A stretch of 64,000 nt of DNA, from contig CAVQKE010000003.1 in assembly GCA_963713045.1 (NCBI GenBank), positions 448,001-512,000 on the forward strand, written 5' to 3'. This document shows, piece by piece, positions 29,897 through 39,139 of the stretch. The position numbers were made by a program, and so were the translations under genes. This stretch comes from an uncultured delta proteobacterium. Its GTDB lineage: Bacteria > Myxococcota > Myxococcia > Myxococcales > Myxococcaceae. The notes under the pieces were generated by a model that searched no databases, was not told where the DNA came from, and saw only the letters and a list, made by a program, of their open reading frames with translations. How positions within the stretch are numbered: position 1 is the first letter of the stretch; every line of letters starts with the position of its first letter.

Positions 29897-30254
29897 AGCC
29901 TTCCCCGTCACTGCATCCTCTTCTTTCAAGCATCGCGGTGAAGGCCTGACGGCGAGAAGGCTGGCAGGCCGACCGCAACCCATTCCGGCCCGGGGCCATG
30001 CGGGAGCGCCGCCCCACGGCCTCCGCCACCGCCGGCTCAGGAATGTGCCCAGGGCTAACGCAGAAGCACAGTGCAGCCAGAGGGTGGCTCTGCTATGAAG
30101 GGGTGTCTGTTCCTGGGCGGGCCTAGAGTGACGGGCCGGCCGCGGGGCATCCCCGGCGAACACGGGTGAGAGGACGGCGTCCCCCAGCACGTGGGGCGCC
30201 CCTTCCCTCGTGGTGTTTCGCCGGTTCCCAAAACAACCGCTGCACAAGGTCACG

Positions 30255-31769
30255 ATGAGCGACACCGACAACAACCATCCAGCCGAGGCCCTCCCGCAGG
30301 CGCCGTCGGTTCCCGCCGCCAACGAGGCCGAAGACGAGGGCGGCGACGATGGGGGCGCTGAGGATGTCCCCGAACCCAGTGTGCCTCAGGTTGGCTCTCC
30401 CGGCCCGGCCGGGCCGGCCGAGAGCTCCGGCCAACTCGGCGGTGGTCGACGCCGACGCCGACGTCGACGTCGAGGGCGCGGCGCCCCGGTCCTCTTTACC
30501 CCAGAGGGCCAAGCCTACCGTCTGACGATGGGGCCCGACGGCCAGCAGACCCAAGTCTTCCTCTCTCCGGCTGAGCTTCAGGCTCACCAGGCCCGCAGCA
30601 CGCAAGGGGGCGGTGCTCCCGGGGCGGCCGGCAGCGCGCAGCGCCCAGCCCCCCAGCCACATGTTTCCCAAGGCCTGGTCACTGTCGAGGGGGTCCTGGA
30701 CACCGAGGCCAAGGGGCCCAACGCCTTTCTCCGCCAAATTAAACGCAACCTGCTGGCCGGTCCTGAAGATGCGGAATTTCCGAAAAATCTCGTGCAGAAG
30801 CTGCGTCTTCGACCCGGGCAGTACATCAGTGCTCAGGCCCAGATGCGCGGCCCGAGGGGCGTGGTCCAGCGGGTGGACACCGTCGATGGGCTTGCGCTGG
30901 AGGTCGCGGCGCGGCTTCCACACTTCGGAGACCTGACCAGCATTGACCCGATTGAACGCATCAAGCTCGAACATGGCCACCGCGAGATGGTCACCCGAGT
31001 CCTCGACCTCATTGCACCGCTGGGGAAGGGGCAGCGGGCACTTATCGTCGCGCCGCCGAAAACGGGCAAGACCATCATGCTGCAGCGCATCGCCCAAGCT
31101 GCCATTGCAAACCACCCCGAAATCCACGTGATGGTCCTCCTCATCGACGAACGTCCAGAGGAAGTCACCGACATGCGCCGGAGCATCAAGGGCGAGGTCC
31201 TCGCCTCCAACGCAGACCGTCCCACCGCCGACCACCTCAAGGTGGCTGAGCTGGCAATGGAGCGGGCGCGGCGGATGGTGGAGGCAGGCAAGGACGTGAT
31301 GATTCTTCTCGATTCCATCACGCGCTTGGCGCGGGCCTACAACAAGGAAGTCGACAGCTCAGGCCGAACCCTGACTGGCGGCGTGGACAGCCGGGCGCTC
31401 GAGCGTCCAAAGCGACTCTTCGGCGCGGCCCGGGCCACCGAGGAAGCCGGTTCACTGACCATCGTCGGCACAGCCCTCATCGACACCGGAAGCCGGATGG
31501 ACGAAGTCATCTTCGAGGAATTCAAGGGAACCGGAAACAGCGAGATTACGCTCGACCGGATGCTCGCCGAGAAGCGAATTTTCCCCGCCATCAACATCCC
31601 GCAGTCCGGGACCCGCAAGGAAGAGAAGCTCTTCACCCCGAGAGAGTACGAAAAGGTGAAGAAGCTGCGGCAAATGCTCTTCGCGGTGAAGCCGGTGGAG
31701 GCGATGGAGGCGCTGGTCAAGCGACTCGCCCGGTCCACCTACAACGACGAGTTTCTTGAGGAGCTTTAG
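30255..31769 (+). CDS. rho: Transcription termination factor Rho with low-complexity N-terminal extension
   Basis: GKGQRALIVAPPKTGKT, LIDERPEEVTDM, DSITRLARAYN, EEFKGTGN, SGTRKEE. Confidence 0.95.
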   Translation: MSDTDNNHPAEALPQAPSVPAANEAEDEGGDDGGAEDVPEPSVPQVGSPGPAGPAESSGQLGGGRRRRRRRRRGRGAPVLFTPEGQAYRLTMGPDGQQTQVFLSPAELQAHQARSTQGGGAPGAAGSAQRPAPQPHVSQGLVTVEGVLDTEAKGPNAFLRQIKRNLLAGPEDAEFPKNLVQKLRLRPGQYISAQAQMRGPRGVVQRVDTVDGLALEVAARLPHFGDLTSIDPIERIKLEHGHREMVTRVLDLIAPLGKGQRALIVAPPKTGKTIMLQRIAQAAIANHPEIHVMVLLIDERPEEVTDMRRSIKGEVLASNADRPTADHLKVAELAMERARRMVEAGKDVMILLDSITRLARAYNKEVDSSGRTLTGGVDSRALERPKRLFGAARATEEAGSLTIVGTALIDTGSRMDEVIFEEFKGTGNSEITLDRMLAEKRIFPAINIPQSGTRKEEKLFTPREYEKVKKLRQMLFAVKPVEAMEALVKRLARSTYNDEFLEEL

Positions 31770-31802
31770 GGAAAAGCGACGGACCGCCTCTGCACACGCC
31801 CG

Positions 31803-32603
31803 TCACGGGGGACTGGCGAAGTCAGTCCGGGGCACCACCTCCGCCACCTGGGCGTCGCTCGAGGAAGCCCTGAGCCTTGAAAAGAGGGTGGCGGCCGTGG
31901 CGGCACCCCGGCTCTCGGCCACGGCGTGCTCGGGCGAACCGGCGCCGATGAACGCTGAGCGGCTTGGGGCAAGCCACAGACTGATGTGTCTTCCACTTCC
32001 CAGGCTGCTGAAAAATGTCACTCGGCCAATGGGGTAGTGCACCGCGGCGAGGGCTGCGTGGATTTCCCTCCAAGCAGCTTGGTAGTCGTCCGAAGTCACC
32101 TGCTCGGTGACCATCTGGAGGAAGCCTGCCGTGTATTCGTTGAGCGTGGGCTGTTGGCCGGGGTAGTCCAAGCCGTCGACCCGAGACCAGACCTCGCTGT
32201 TGTGCGGAGGCACGAGCGCAACGTCGCCGGAGTCATATTGCTTGCCCGCGCGCTCTCCATCGGGCCCGATGCGCTCCCCGACTGCTTCCCGAAAGGCTCG
32301 CAAAGCGTCGTACTCCGCGAAAGAGTTGAAGGACCGCAAGGTCAGGAAGGTATTCCCCGCCCGCTGGAAAAAATAGCCACGCCCGTCCGTCGTGTGATGC
32401 AACGACAGCACCTTCAGCCAGTCGCGCCGCGCGTCCTCGAAGAGGGCTTGCAGCTTCGGGTCGAGTGTATCCACATGCACCGCCCGAAACCTCGCCGAGG
32501 CGTCGGTCGGGGCGGTGCTCAGTGCCACGCAGGGAATCGGCGGACCGGCCGCCACGGACAGCCAACCGAAGACGAGCACCAACAGCCTGCTGAAGCGGGA
32601 CAT
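31803..32603 (-). CDS. Hypothetical exported protein
   Basis: Signal peptide MSRFSRLLVLVFGWLSVAA; 266 aa; coding-like composition. Confidence 0.65.
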   Translation of the reverse strand: MSRFSRLLVLVFGWLSVAAGPPIPCVALSTAPTDASARFRAVHVDTLDPKLQALFEDARRDWLKVLSLHHTTDGRGYFFQRAGNTFLTLRSFNSFAEYDALRAFREAVGERIGPDGERAGKQYDSGDVALVPPHNSEVWSRVDGLDYPGQQPTLNEYTAGFLQMVTEQVTSDDYQAAWREIHAALAAVHYPIGRVTFFSSLGSGRHISLWLAPSRSAFIGAGSPEHAVAESRGAATAATLFSRLRASSSDAQVAEVVPRTDFASPP

Positions 32604-32721
32604 GGCTGGCACCTGGAGGGGCGTTGGCCCCCTTGGAAGGAGGGAGACGTTGGGGCTTCACTCTACAGGCAGCGCGCGGCGGAATAGCGGTGTCCGTGGG
32701 CCTGTCTCCCCTTCCAAAGTG

Positions 32722-34095
32722 ATGCGCGTCTGCCTCACGCTGGTGATGGCCTGGGCGGGAGTCACCCTCGCCGAGCCGATGCCGGAGTTTCGAGTCCGGG
32801 TGGGCCCGAACGCCGAAACGCTTTCGGTCGAGGCCACCTTTCCGCCAGGCACCTCTGGAACGCTCGTCCTCGAGGACGGCGGGGAGCGCTTTGTCCAGAA
32901 CGTCCAAGTCGAACAGGCCGGCCGCTGGGTCAGCGCGGCGGTCAGGGAAGGAGGCGTGGCACTTCCGGTCTGCCAAAGCCCGTGTCGCTTGCGCTATCGC
33001 TTTCTCCTCCGGGACGCGGCGCGCGCCTTCGGAAATCCACAGGCGGCCGCAGCGGTGGGTGAGGCGTTCGTCTCTCCACCCTCACTGTGGTTGCTGCATC
33101 CTGCGCGGTCTGCGCTGGCTGGCTACCGCCTCTTCTTCTCCTCTGAAGGAGGCACCCAAGCGCTGTGCGGCTTGGCGTCCGCAGGGCAGCCGGGCGGCTA
33201 CCAGTCCACGGCTGGACTCCACGTCACTCCGCTGTGTGCCTTCGGCCTTTGGAGGGTGCGCCCGGTCCGGGTGGCCACCGCGCAGGTAACACTGGCCATC
33301 GCGCCTTTCCCCTTCGCCATGGGGGACGAGGAGATGCAACGCTGGGTGGCCGAAGCGACGCAGGCGGTGGCCGCCTACTACCACCGCTTTCCGGTGGACG
33401 ATTTGCTGCTGCTGGTGGTGCCCAACGGTGGCCGAGGGCTGAGCGGCTTCACCCTGGGCGAGGGGGGTGCCTCCATTCTGTTGAGACTCGAGCTGGGGAT
33501 GTCGTTCGAGCGAGCGCGCAGCGATTGGGTCCTCACCCATGAGCTGATGCACCTTGGCTTCCCGACGCTTGGGCGAAATCACACCTGGATGGAGGAGGGC
33601 ATGGCCGTCTTTGGCGAGCCCATCGTCCGGGTGCGCTCTGGCATGGCGGATGAGGCGCTGATGTGGTCCGAATGGCTCGAGCAGGGCCGGCTTGGGCTGC
33701 CCCGCCCGGGTGAGGGCGGCCTGGAAACCACGCACACCTGGGCTCGCACCTACTGGGGCGGAGGCCTCTTCTGGCTGGTGGCCGACGTGACACTTCGCGA
33801 GCGCACAAAGAATGCGCGGTCTGCCGATGACGTGCTGCGAGCCCTGGTCGCCGCTGGCGGAAACGTGACCAGCCGCTGGGAGGTGGGCGAAGTGCTCGCT
33901 CTTGCGGACAAGACGACCGGCCTGGCTGTCTTCAGCGAGCTCTTCAGGCAAATGGGGGAAGCGCCGGGGGCCCCGGACCTCGATGCCCTCTTCCAGCGCC
34001 TCGGTGTCTCGCAGCACGACGGGAAGGTCGTCTACGACGACGCCGCTCCGCTCGCCAGCGTGCGGCGCGCCATGGTGGCGCGGGCGCCTCCCTGA
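32722..34095 (+). CDS. Exported zinc metallopeptidase (M61/gluzincin-like)
   Basis: Signal peptide; HELMH followed by WMEEG; YWGG. Confidence 0.8.
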   Translation: MRVCLTLVMAWAGVTLAEPMPEFRVRVGPNAETLSVEATFPPGTSGTLVLEDGGERFVQNVQVEQAGRWVSAAVREGGVALPVCQSPCRLRYRFLLRDAARAFGNPQAAAAVGEAFVSPPSLWLLHPARSALAGYRLFFSSEGGTQALCGLASAGQPGGYQSTAGLHVTPLCAFGLWRVRPVRVATAQVTLAIAPFPFAMGDEEMQRWVAEATQAVAAYYHRFPVDDLLLLVVPNGGRGLSGFTLGEGGASILLRLELGMSFERARSDWVLTHELMHLGFPTLGRNHTWMEEGMAVFGEPIVRVRSGMADEALMWSEWLEQGRLGLPRPGEGGLETTHTWARTYWGGGLFWLVADVTLRERTKNARSADDVLRALVAAGGNVTSRWEVGEVLALADKTTGLAVFSELFRQMGEAPGAPDLDALFQRLGVSQHDGKVVYDDAAPLASVRRAMVARAPP

Positions 34096-34234
34096 GTCGC
34101 TCCCTCTCGACACCTCTCATCCGGACATCTGCCGCTGGCAGCCGGACGTGTTAGTGGTCAGCGGGGGCTTGCAGTTCTTCACGCCAGACTGCTTGACGTT
34201 GCCGTCGCAGTTAGCCAACAAGGACCGGAAACCA

Positions 34235-34953
34235 ATGGCCCCCATCGTCAGCATTCTTGACGTCTACAAGGAGTACAGCCTGGGCAAGACCCTCGTCCCG
34301 GCGCTCCGGGGGGTGTCGCTCGACGTGAGTGCCGGAGAGTTTATCTCCATCGCCGGCCCCTCGGGCAGTGGAAAGACGACGCTGCTCAATCTCATCGGCT
34401 GCGTAGACGTCGCGACCCGCGGCACGGTGGTGGTGGCCGGAAGAAACACGGCCGAGCTGAAGGAGCGAGAACTCACCTCACTGCGGTTAAACACCATCGG
34501 CTTCATCTTTCAGAGCTTCAACCTGGTACCGGTCTTGAGTGTCTTTCAGAACGTCGAGTTCCCGCTGCTGCTGCAGCGCAAGCTGAACCGTGCCGAACGT
34601 CGTCGGCGGGTGATGACGCTCCTGGAACAGGTGGGAATCAGACCCACGCCGACCATCGACCGAGCGAGCTGTCGGGCGGCCAGAGGCAGAGGGTGGCGGT
34701 GGCCCGCGCCCTGGTCGGCAGCCCGCAAATCGTCCTGGCGGACGAGCCGACCGCCAACCTCGACTCGGTCACTGGCGAGCACATCATCGACCTGATGAAA
34801 GAGCTCAACGAAAGGGACGGAACGACGTTCATCTTCTCCACCCACGACGCGCGGGTGATGGGCCACGCCAACGCCGTCGTTCGCCTCGAGGACGGAAAGA
34901 TTGTCGGGCTGGAGCAGCACCCCACGGCGGTGCCGGCAGCCGGGATGCACTGA
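34235..34953 (+). CDS. ABC transporter ATP-binding protein (LolD/MacB type), 1-nt frameshift near 34640
   Basis: GPSGSGKT and GFIFQSFNL in one frame; [33 protein letters not shown] in the shifted frame. Confidence 0.9.
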
Positions 34954-37046
34954 TGCTCGCGCTCTTGTTTCAGGTCTCCCTCCGAAACCTGCTGCGGAGC
35001 CGCATCAACCTCCTCATCGGGGCCATCATTTTCTTCTACACGCTGCTGCTGGTGGTGGGCGGCGCGATGCTCGACAGCCTGGTCGGCTCGATGAGCCGCA
35101 GCATCGTCGGCACCATCTCGGGGCACATCCAGCTGTACAGCACCACCAGCCGAGACCCGCTCTCCATCTGGCCCACCATGGGCAATGAGCCGGATTTGAG
35201 CCCGATGCCGGACTACCAGCGCGCCGAGAGTGCAATCTCCAAACTGCCCAACGTGAAGGCCGTCGTCCCGATGGGAATCAACGGCTCTTTGATTACCTCC
35301 GGCAATACGGTGGACGTCACCCTGGCTGAGCTCCGCGGCGTGGTTCGCCAAGAGAAGGAGACTGGCAAGACACCCGAGCTCGAAGCGCAGCGACAGAGCC
35401 TCAAGGAGCACGTCCGCCAAATCGTCCGCGTCCTGCGAGACGACCTCTCACGGGCCGGCGAAATGGAGACCACCGAGGCACGGGACCCCGAAGCGCTGGC
35501 AGCGGTGGAGCGCGCCTCCTCGGACGCCTTCTGGCAGGACTTCGAGCAGGACCCCTATGCGGCGCTGGAGTTCCTCGAAAACATGGTGGCACCACAGCTT
35601 CCCGACGGCGACTTGGTGCCGCTGCGTTATGTCGGCACGGACCTCGACGGATTTCAAAAGTCCTTCGACCGAATGGAGATTGTCAACGGCCAGCCGGTGC
35701 CCCCCGGCCGCCGGGGAATGCTGCTGTCGAAGTTCACCTACGAACAATACCTGAAGCTGAGGACAGCTCGGCGGCTGGACCTCATCAAGGAAGCGGTCGA
35801 CACCGGAGCGCTGATTGCCACCGACCCCGAGTTGCAGCGCTACGTCCGCCAGAACACGCAGCAGACCCGGGAGATTCTCCTGCAGTTCGACCGACTCAAG
35901 TCCGACGAGGCGGTGCGAAGGCTGCGTGCATTCCTCGGGCGTTCAGATGGCAACCTCAACCAGTTGCTGGCGGCGTTCTTCGATGTCAACGACCAGAACT
36001 TTCAAGTCCGATATGCCTTTTTCTACAAGGAGCTGGCCCCGTTGCTGCAGCTCTATCGCCTCCAGGTGGGGGACGTCCTGACCATCACCGCCTTCACCCG
36101 AAGCGGCTACACCAAGAGCCTCAACATTCCTGTCTGGGGCACGTTTCAGTTCAAGGGCCTGGAGAAGTCCCCGCTGGCTGGCAACATCAGCCTGATGGAC
36201 ATCATGTCCTTCCGCGAGCTTTTCGGGTACCTCGGCGCTGACACCAGTGCGGAGATTCAGGCCCTGAAACAGGCGGCTGGTGCGCAAGCCGTTGACCGCA
36301 GCCATGCCGAAGAGGAGCTGTTCGGCAGTGGGCGCAAGGTGGTGGCCGAGGCGACGCCTGGCCTCATCGACGACCGAAAGGCCTTCCCAGGGGTTGCGGC
36401 CAGCCTGCGGCGCAAGGACCTTCAGGCCCGCGTCTTCGACAAGGCCGACGTCGAGCGGGGCGTGGTCCTCAATGCCGCGGTCATTTTGCGCGACGCGAGT
36501 AAGTTGCAGCAGACCCTGCGGGAGATTCGTGCTCTCTCCGAGCGCGAGCACCTTGGGGTGCATGCCGTCTCCTGGCAAGACGCCTCGGGCATCCTCGGAC
36601 AGTTGGTCAGCCTGGCGCGGCTGGTGCTGTATGTCGCGGCGTTCATCATCTTTCTGGTGGCGATGGTCATCATCAACAACGCGATGATGATGGCCACCCT
36701 GCGGCGAACAGCCGAAGTCGGGACGATGCGCGCCATCGGCGCACAGCGGCCTTTCGTGCTGAGCATGGTGCTTGCTGAGACGCTGACGCTGGGGCTGGTG
36801 TTTGGCGCCGCGGGCGCGCTCCTCGGGGCTGGCATCGTCGGCTGGCTCGGCTCCAAGGGGATTCGCGCCACCGCCGACATCATGTACTTCTTCTTCTCGG
36901 GGCCGCGGCTCTACCCCCACCTGTCATCCAGCAACATCGTCTCGGCGATGGTGATTGTCCTTTTGGTGAGCGCCGTGTCCACGCTGTACCCCGCTTTCCT
37001 CGCGGCACGGGTGCCACCGGTGCGCGCAATGCAGACCGACGAATAG
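34953..37046 (+). CDS. ABC transporter permease (FtsX/MacB family) with large periplasmic insertion
   Basis: RNLLR + TM1; RRTAEVGTMRAIGA; YPAFLAAR..PV.AM; TGATG coupling to the ATPase. Confidence 0.9.
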   Translation: MLALLFQVSLRNLLRSRINLLIGAIIFFYTLLLVVGGAMLDSLVGSMSRSIVGTISGHIQLYSTTSRDPLSIWPTMGNEPDLSPMPDYQRAESAISKLPNVKAVVPMGINGSLITSGNTVDVTLAELRGVVRQEKETGKTPELEAQRQSLKEHVRQIVRVLRDDLSRAGEMETTEARDPEALAAVERASSDAFWQDFEQDPYAALEFLENMVAPQLPDGDLVPLRYVGTDLDGFQKSFDRMEIVNGQPVPPGRRGMLLSKFTYEQYLKLRTARRLDLIKEAVDTGALIATDPELQRYVRQNTQQTREILLQFDRLKSDEAVRRLRAFLGRSDGNLNQLLAAFFDVNDQNFQVRYAFFYKELAPLLQLYRLQVGDVLTITAFTRSGYTKSLNIPVWGTFQFKGLEKSPLAGNISLMDIMSFRELFGYLGADTSAEIQALKQAAGAQAVDRSHAEEELFGSGRKVVAEATPGLIDDRKAFPGVAASLRRKDLQARVFDKADVERGVVLNAAVILRDASKLQQTLREIRALSEREHLGVHAVSWQDASGILGQLVSLARLVLYVAAFIIFLVAMVIINNAMMMATLRRTAEVGTMRAIGAQRPFVLSMVLAETLTLGLVFGAAGALLGAGIVGWLGSKGIRATADIMYFFFSGPRLYPHLSSSNIVSAMVIVLLVSAVSTLYPAFLAARVPPVRAMQTDE

Positions 37047-37056
37047 CCCGCTTGCC

Positions 37057-38358
37057 ATGCGCCAACTGTTCCTCATCGCGTTTCGCAACCTGCTGACCCA
37101 CCGGCGGCGTACGCTGATGCTGGGCGGTGCGATTGGCGGAGTGACGATGTTGTTGGTGGTCCTGTTGGGACTGCTCAACGGCATCCGGTCCACCATCCTC
37201 GAATCCGCCACCACACTGATGACCGGGCAGCTGAACGTGGCCGGCTTCTTCAAGGTGACCGCCGGCCAGTCGGCACCGGTCGTCACCCACTATCGAAAGG
37301 TGCTCGACATCATTCGGGCCAGCGTCCCTGAGCTCGATTATGTGACTGAGCGCGGCCGCGGCTGGGCGAAGGTGGTCAGCGACACGAGCTCGCTTCAGGC
37401 GGGCGTCTCGGGCATCGACGTCGAGAACGAACCCGGGTTTCGTCGGGTGGTGAAAGTGCAGGAGGGCTCGCTGGACGCCCTCACCGAACCGGGCACCATT
37501 CTCCTCTTCCAGGAGCAGGCCCAACGGCTGGGGGTCCGGGTGGGGGACGTCGTTACCCTCTCGGCCTACACGCTGCGAGGCGCGGCGAACACGGTCGACG
37601 TCAGAGTCGTCGCCATCGCCAAGAACGTCGGGCTACTGAGCGCCTTCAACACCTACGTGCCAGCGGCCACGCTCCGCGCGCTGTACGCCCTCAACGACGA
37701 CTCCACCGGCGCGCTGTTGCTTTATCTCAAGGACATTCGAGACGCCCCTCAGGTGGAAGCGCGGCTGAGGGACGTGCTGCCTGCCGCCGGGTACCAGTTG
37801 ATGGACAAGGACCCCCGGGCGTTCTTCCAGAAATTCGAAGTCGTCAACCGCGAGGGCTGGACCGGCCAAAAGCTCGACGTCACCAGCTGGGAGGATGAAA
37901 TCGCCTTCGTCCAGTGGACCCTGACCGCTGTCACCTGGCTGTCCTATGTGTTGATTGGCATCCTGTTGACCATCATCGCCGTGGGAATCATGAACACCCT
38001 GTGGATTGCCATCCGCGAGCGGACCCGAGAGATTGGCACGCTGCGCGCCATCGGGATGCAGCGGACGCGGGTGCTGGCCATGTTTCTGGTGGAGGCCTTC
38101 AGCCTCTCGCTGGCGGCGGCGGTCGTCGGCGCTGTCCTCGGCTTGTTGGTTTGCGCGGCAATCAACGCGGCCCACCTCCACGCCCCAATCACGGTGCAAC
38201 TGTTCTTGATGCGGGAGGAGGTCCATCTCACCGTGCGTCCGAGCGCTCTGCTCGGCTCCATCCTCCTCATCACCGGCTGCACGACGGCCATCTCCCTCAT
38301 CCCCTCTTTCTTGGCCGCCCGTCTTCAACCGGTGACGGCCATGCACCAGGTGGGCTGA
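37057..38358 (+). CDS. ABC transporter permease (FtsX/LolC-E family)
   Basis: AFRNL..HRRR; ERTREIGTLRAIGM; four TM segments. Confidence 0.9.
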   Translation: MRQLFLIAFRNLLTHRRRTLMLGGAIGGVTMLLVVLLGLLNGIRSTILESATTLMTGQLNVAGFFKVTAGQSAPVVTHYRKVLDIIRASVPELDYVTERGRGWAKVVSDTSSLQAGVSGIDVENEPGFRRVVKVQEGSLDALTEPGTILLFQEQAQRLGVRVGDVVTLSAYTLRGAANTVDVRVVAIAKNVGLLSAFNTYVPAATLRALYALNDDSTGALLLYLKDIRDAPQVEARLRDVLPAAGYQLMDKDPRAFFQKFEVVNREGWTGQKLDVTSWEDEIAFVQWTLTAVTWLSYVLIGILLTIIAVGIMNTLWIAIRERTREIGTLRAIGMQRTRVLAMFLVEAFSLSLAAAVVGAVLGLLVCAAINAAHLHAPITVQLFLMREEVHLTVRPSALLGSILLITGCTTAISLIPSFLAARLQPVTAMHQVG

Positions 38359-38362
38359 TTTC

Positions 38363-39139
38363 GTGAAGACCGGTCTCGCCTTGGGCCTCAGCCTCTTCCT
38401 GTCGGCCCCTGTCCTGGCCGCCCCACTTGCGACCAAGGACGCGGTCACCGAGGTCCTGAAGACCATCGACGACCGCCAACGCAACAGCGGTGACTACAAG
38501 TCGCTGGCCTACCTGGAACAGAAGGAAAAGGACAAGACGGACATCGCTCGCGAGGCCATCATCTATCGGAGGGATGAGGACGAGAAGCTGATGATTCTCT
38601 TCACCAAGCCGAAGGGCGAGGCGGGCAAGGGCTACATCCGCTTGGACAAGAATCTCTGGTCGTACGACCCCGGGACGGGGAAATGGGACCGGCGGACAGA
38701 ACGGGAGCGCATCGCGGGGACGGACAGCCGCCGCGCCGATTTCGACCAGTCAAAATTGGTGGAGGAGTACGACGCCACCTTCAACGGGGAAGGAAAGCTG
38801 GGCCAGTTTGATGTCTGGCAGCTCGAGTTGAAGGTGAAGCCGAATACCGACGTCGCGTTTCCAGTGGTCAAGCTGTGGGTGGACCAAGCCAGCGGCAACG
38901 TGCTGAAGCGGCAGGAGTTCGCGCTCTCCGGCAGGCTGATGCGGACCCTCTACTACCCACGTTGGCAGAAGCTGTACAGCGAGTCGAAGAAGGCCGACGT
39001 CTGGTACCCGGGCGAAATCCGCATCTACGATGAGGTGGAAAAGGAAAACAGCACCATCGTGGTGATGAAGAGCGTGGACCTCCGACCTCTGGAGGCAAAC
39101 ATCTTCACCAAGGCGTGGCTCGAGGCGAAAAGCCGATGA
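38363..39139 (+). CDS. LolA-like outer-membrane lipoprotein-sorting family protein
   Basis: Signal peptide; F..P....G...L....NLW.Y.P; G.D....DF; IFTKAWLE. Confidence 0.75.
   Translation: MKTGLALGLSLFLSAPVLAAPLATKDAVTEVLKTIDDRQRNSGDYKSLAYLEQKEKDKTDIAREAIIYRRDEDEKLMILFTKPKGEAGKGYIRLDKNLWSYDPGTGKWDRRTERERIAGTDSRRADFDQSKLVEEYDATFNGEGKLGQFDVWQLELKVKPNTDVAFPVVKLWVDQASGNVLKRQEFALSGRLMRTLYYPRWQKLYSESKKADVWYPGEIRIYDEVEKENSTIVVMKSVDLRPLEANIFTKAWLEAKSR

Noticed and set aside
29897..30254. Possible ncRNA or riboswitch upstream of rho
   Set aside because: Only generic GC hairpins; no recognisable family motif without a covariance search
30447..30476. cgacgc/cgacgt tandem repeat as a CRISPR or VNTR
   Set aside because: Simply encodes the poly-Arg tract of Rho; no repeat-spacer structure was seen anywhere in the window
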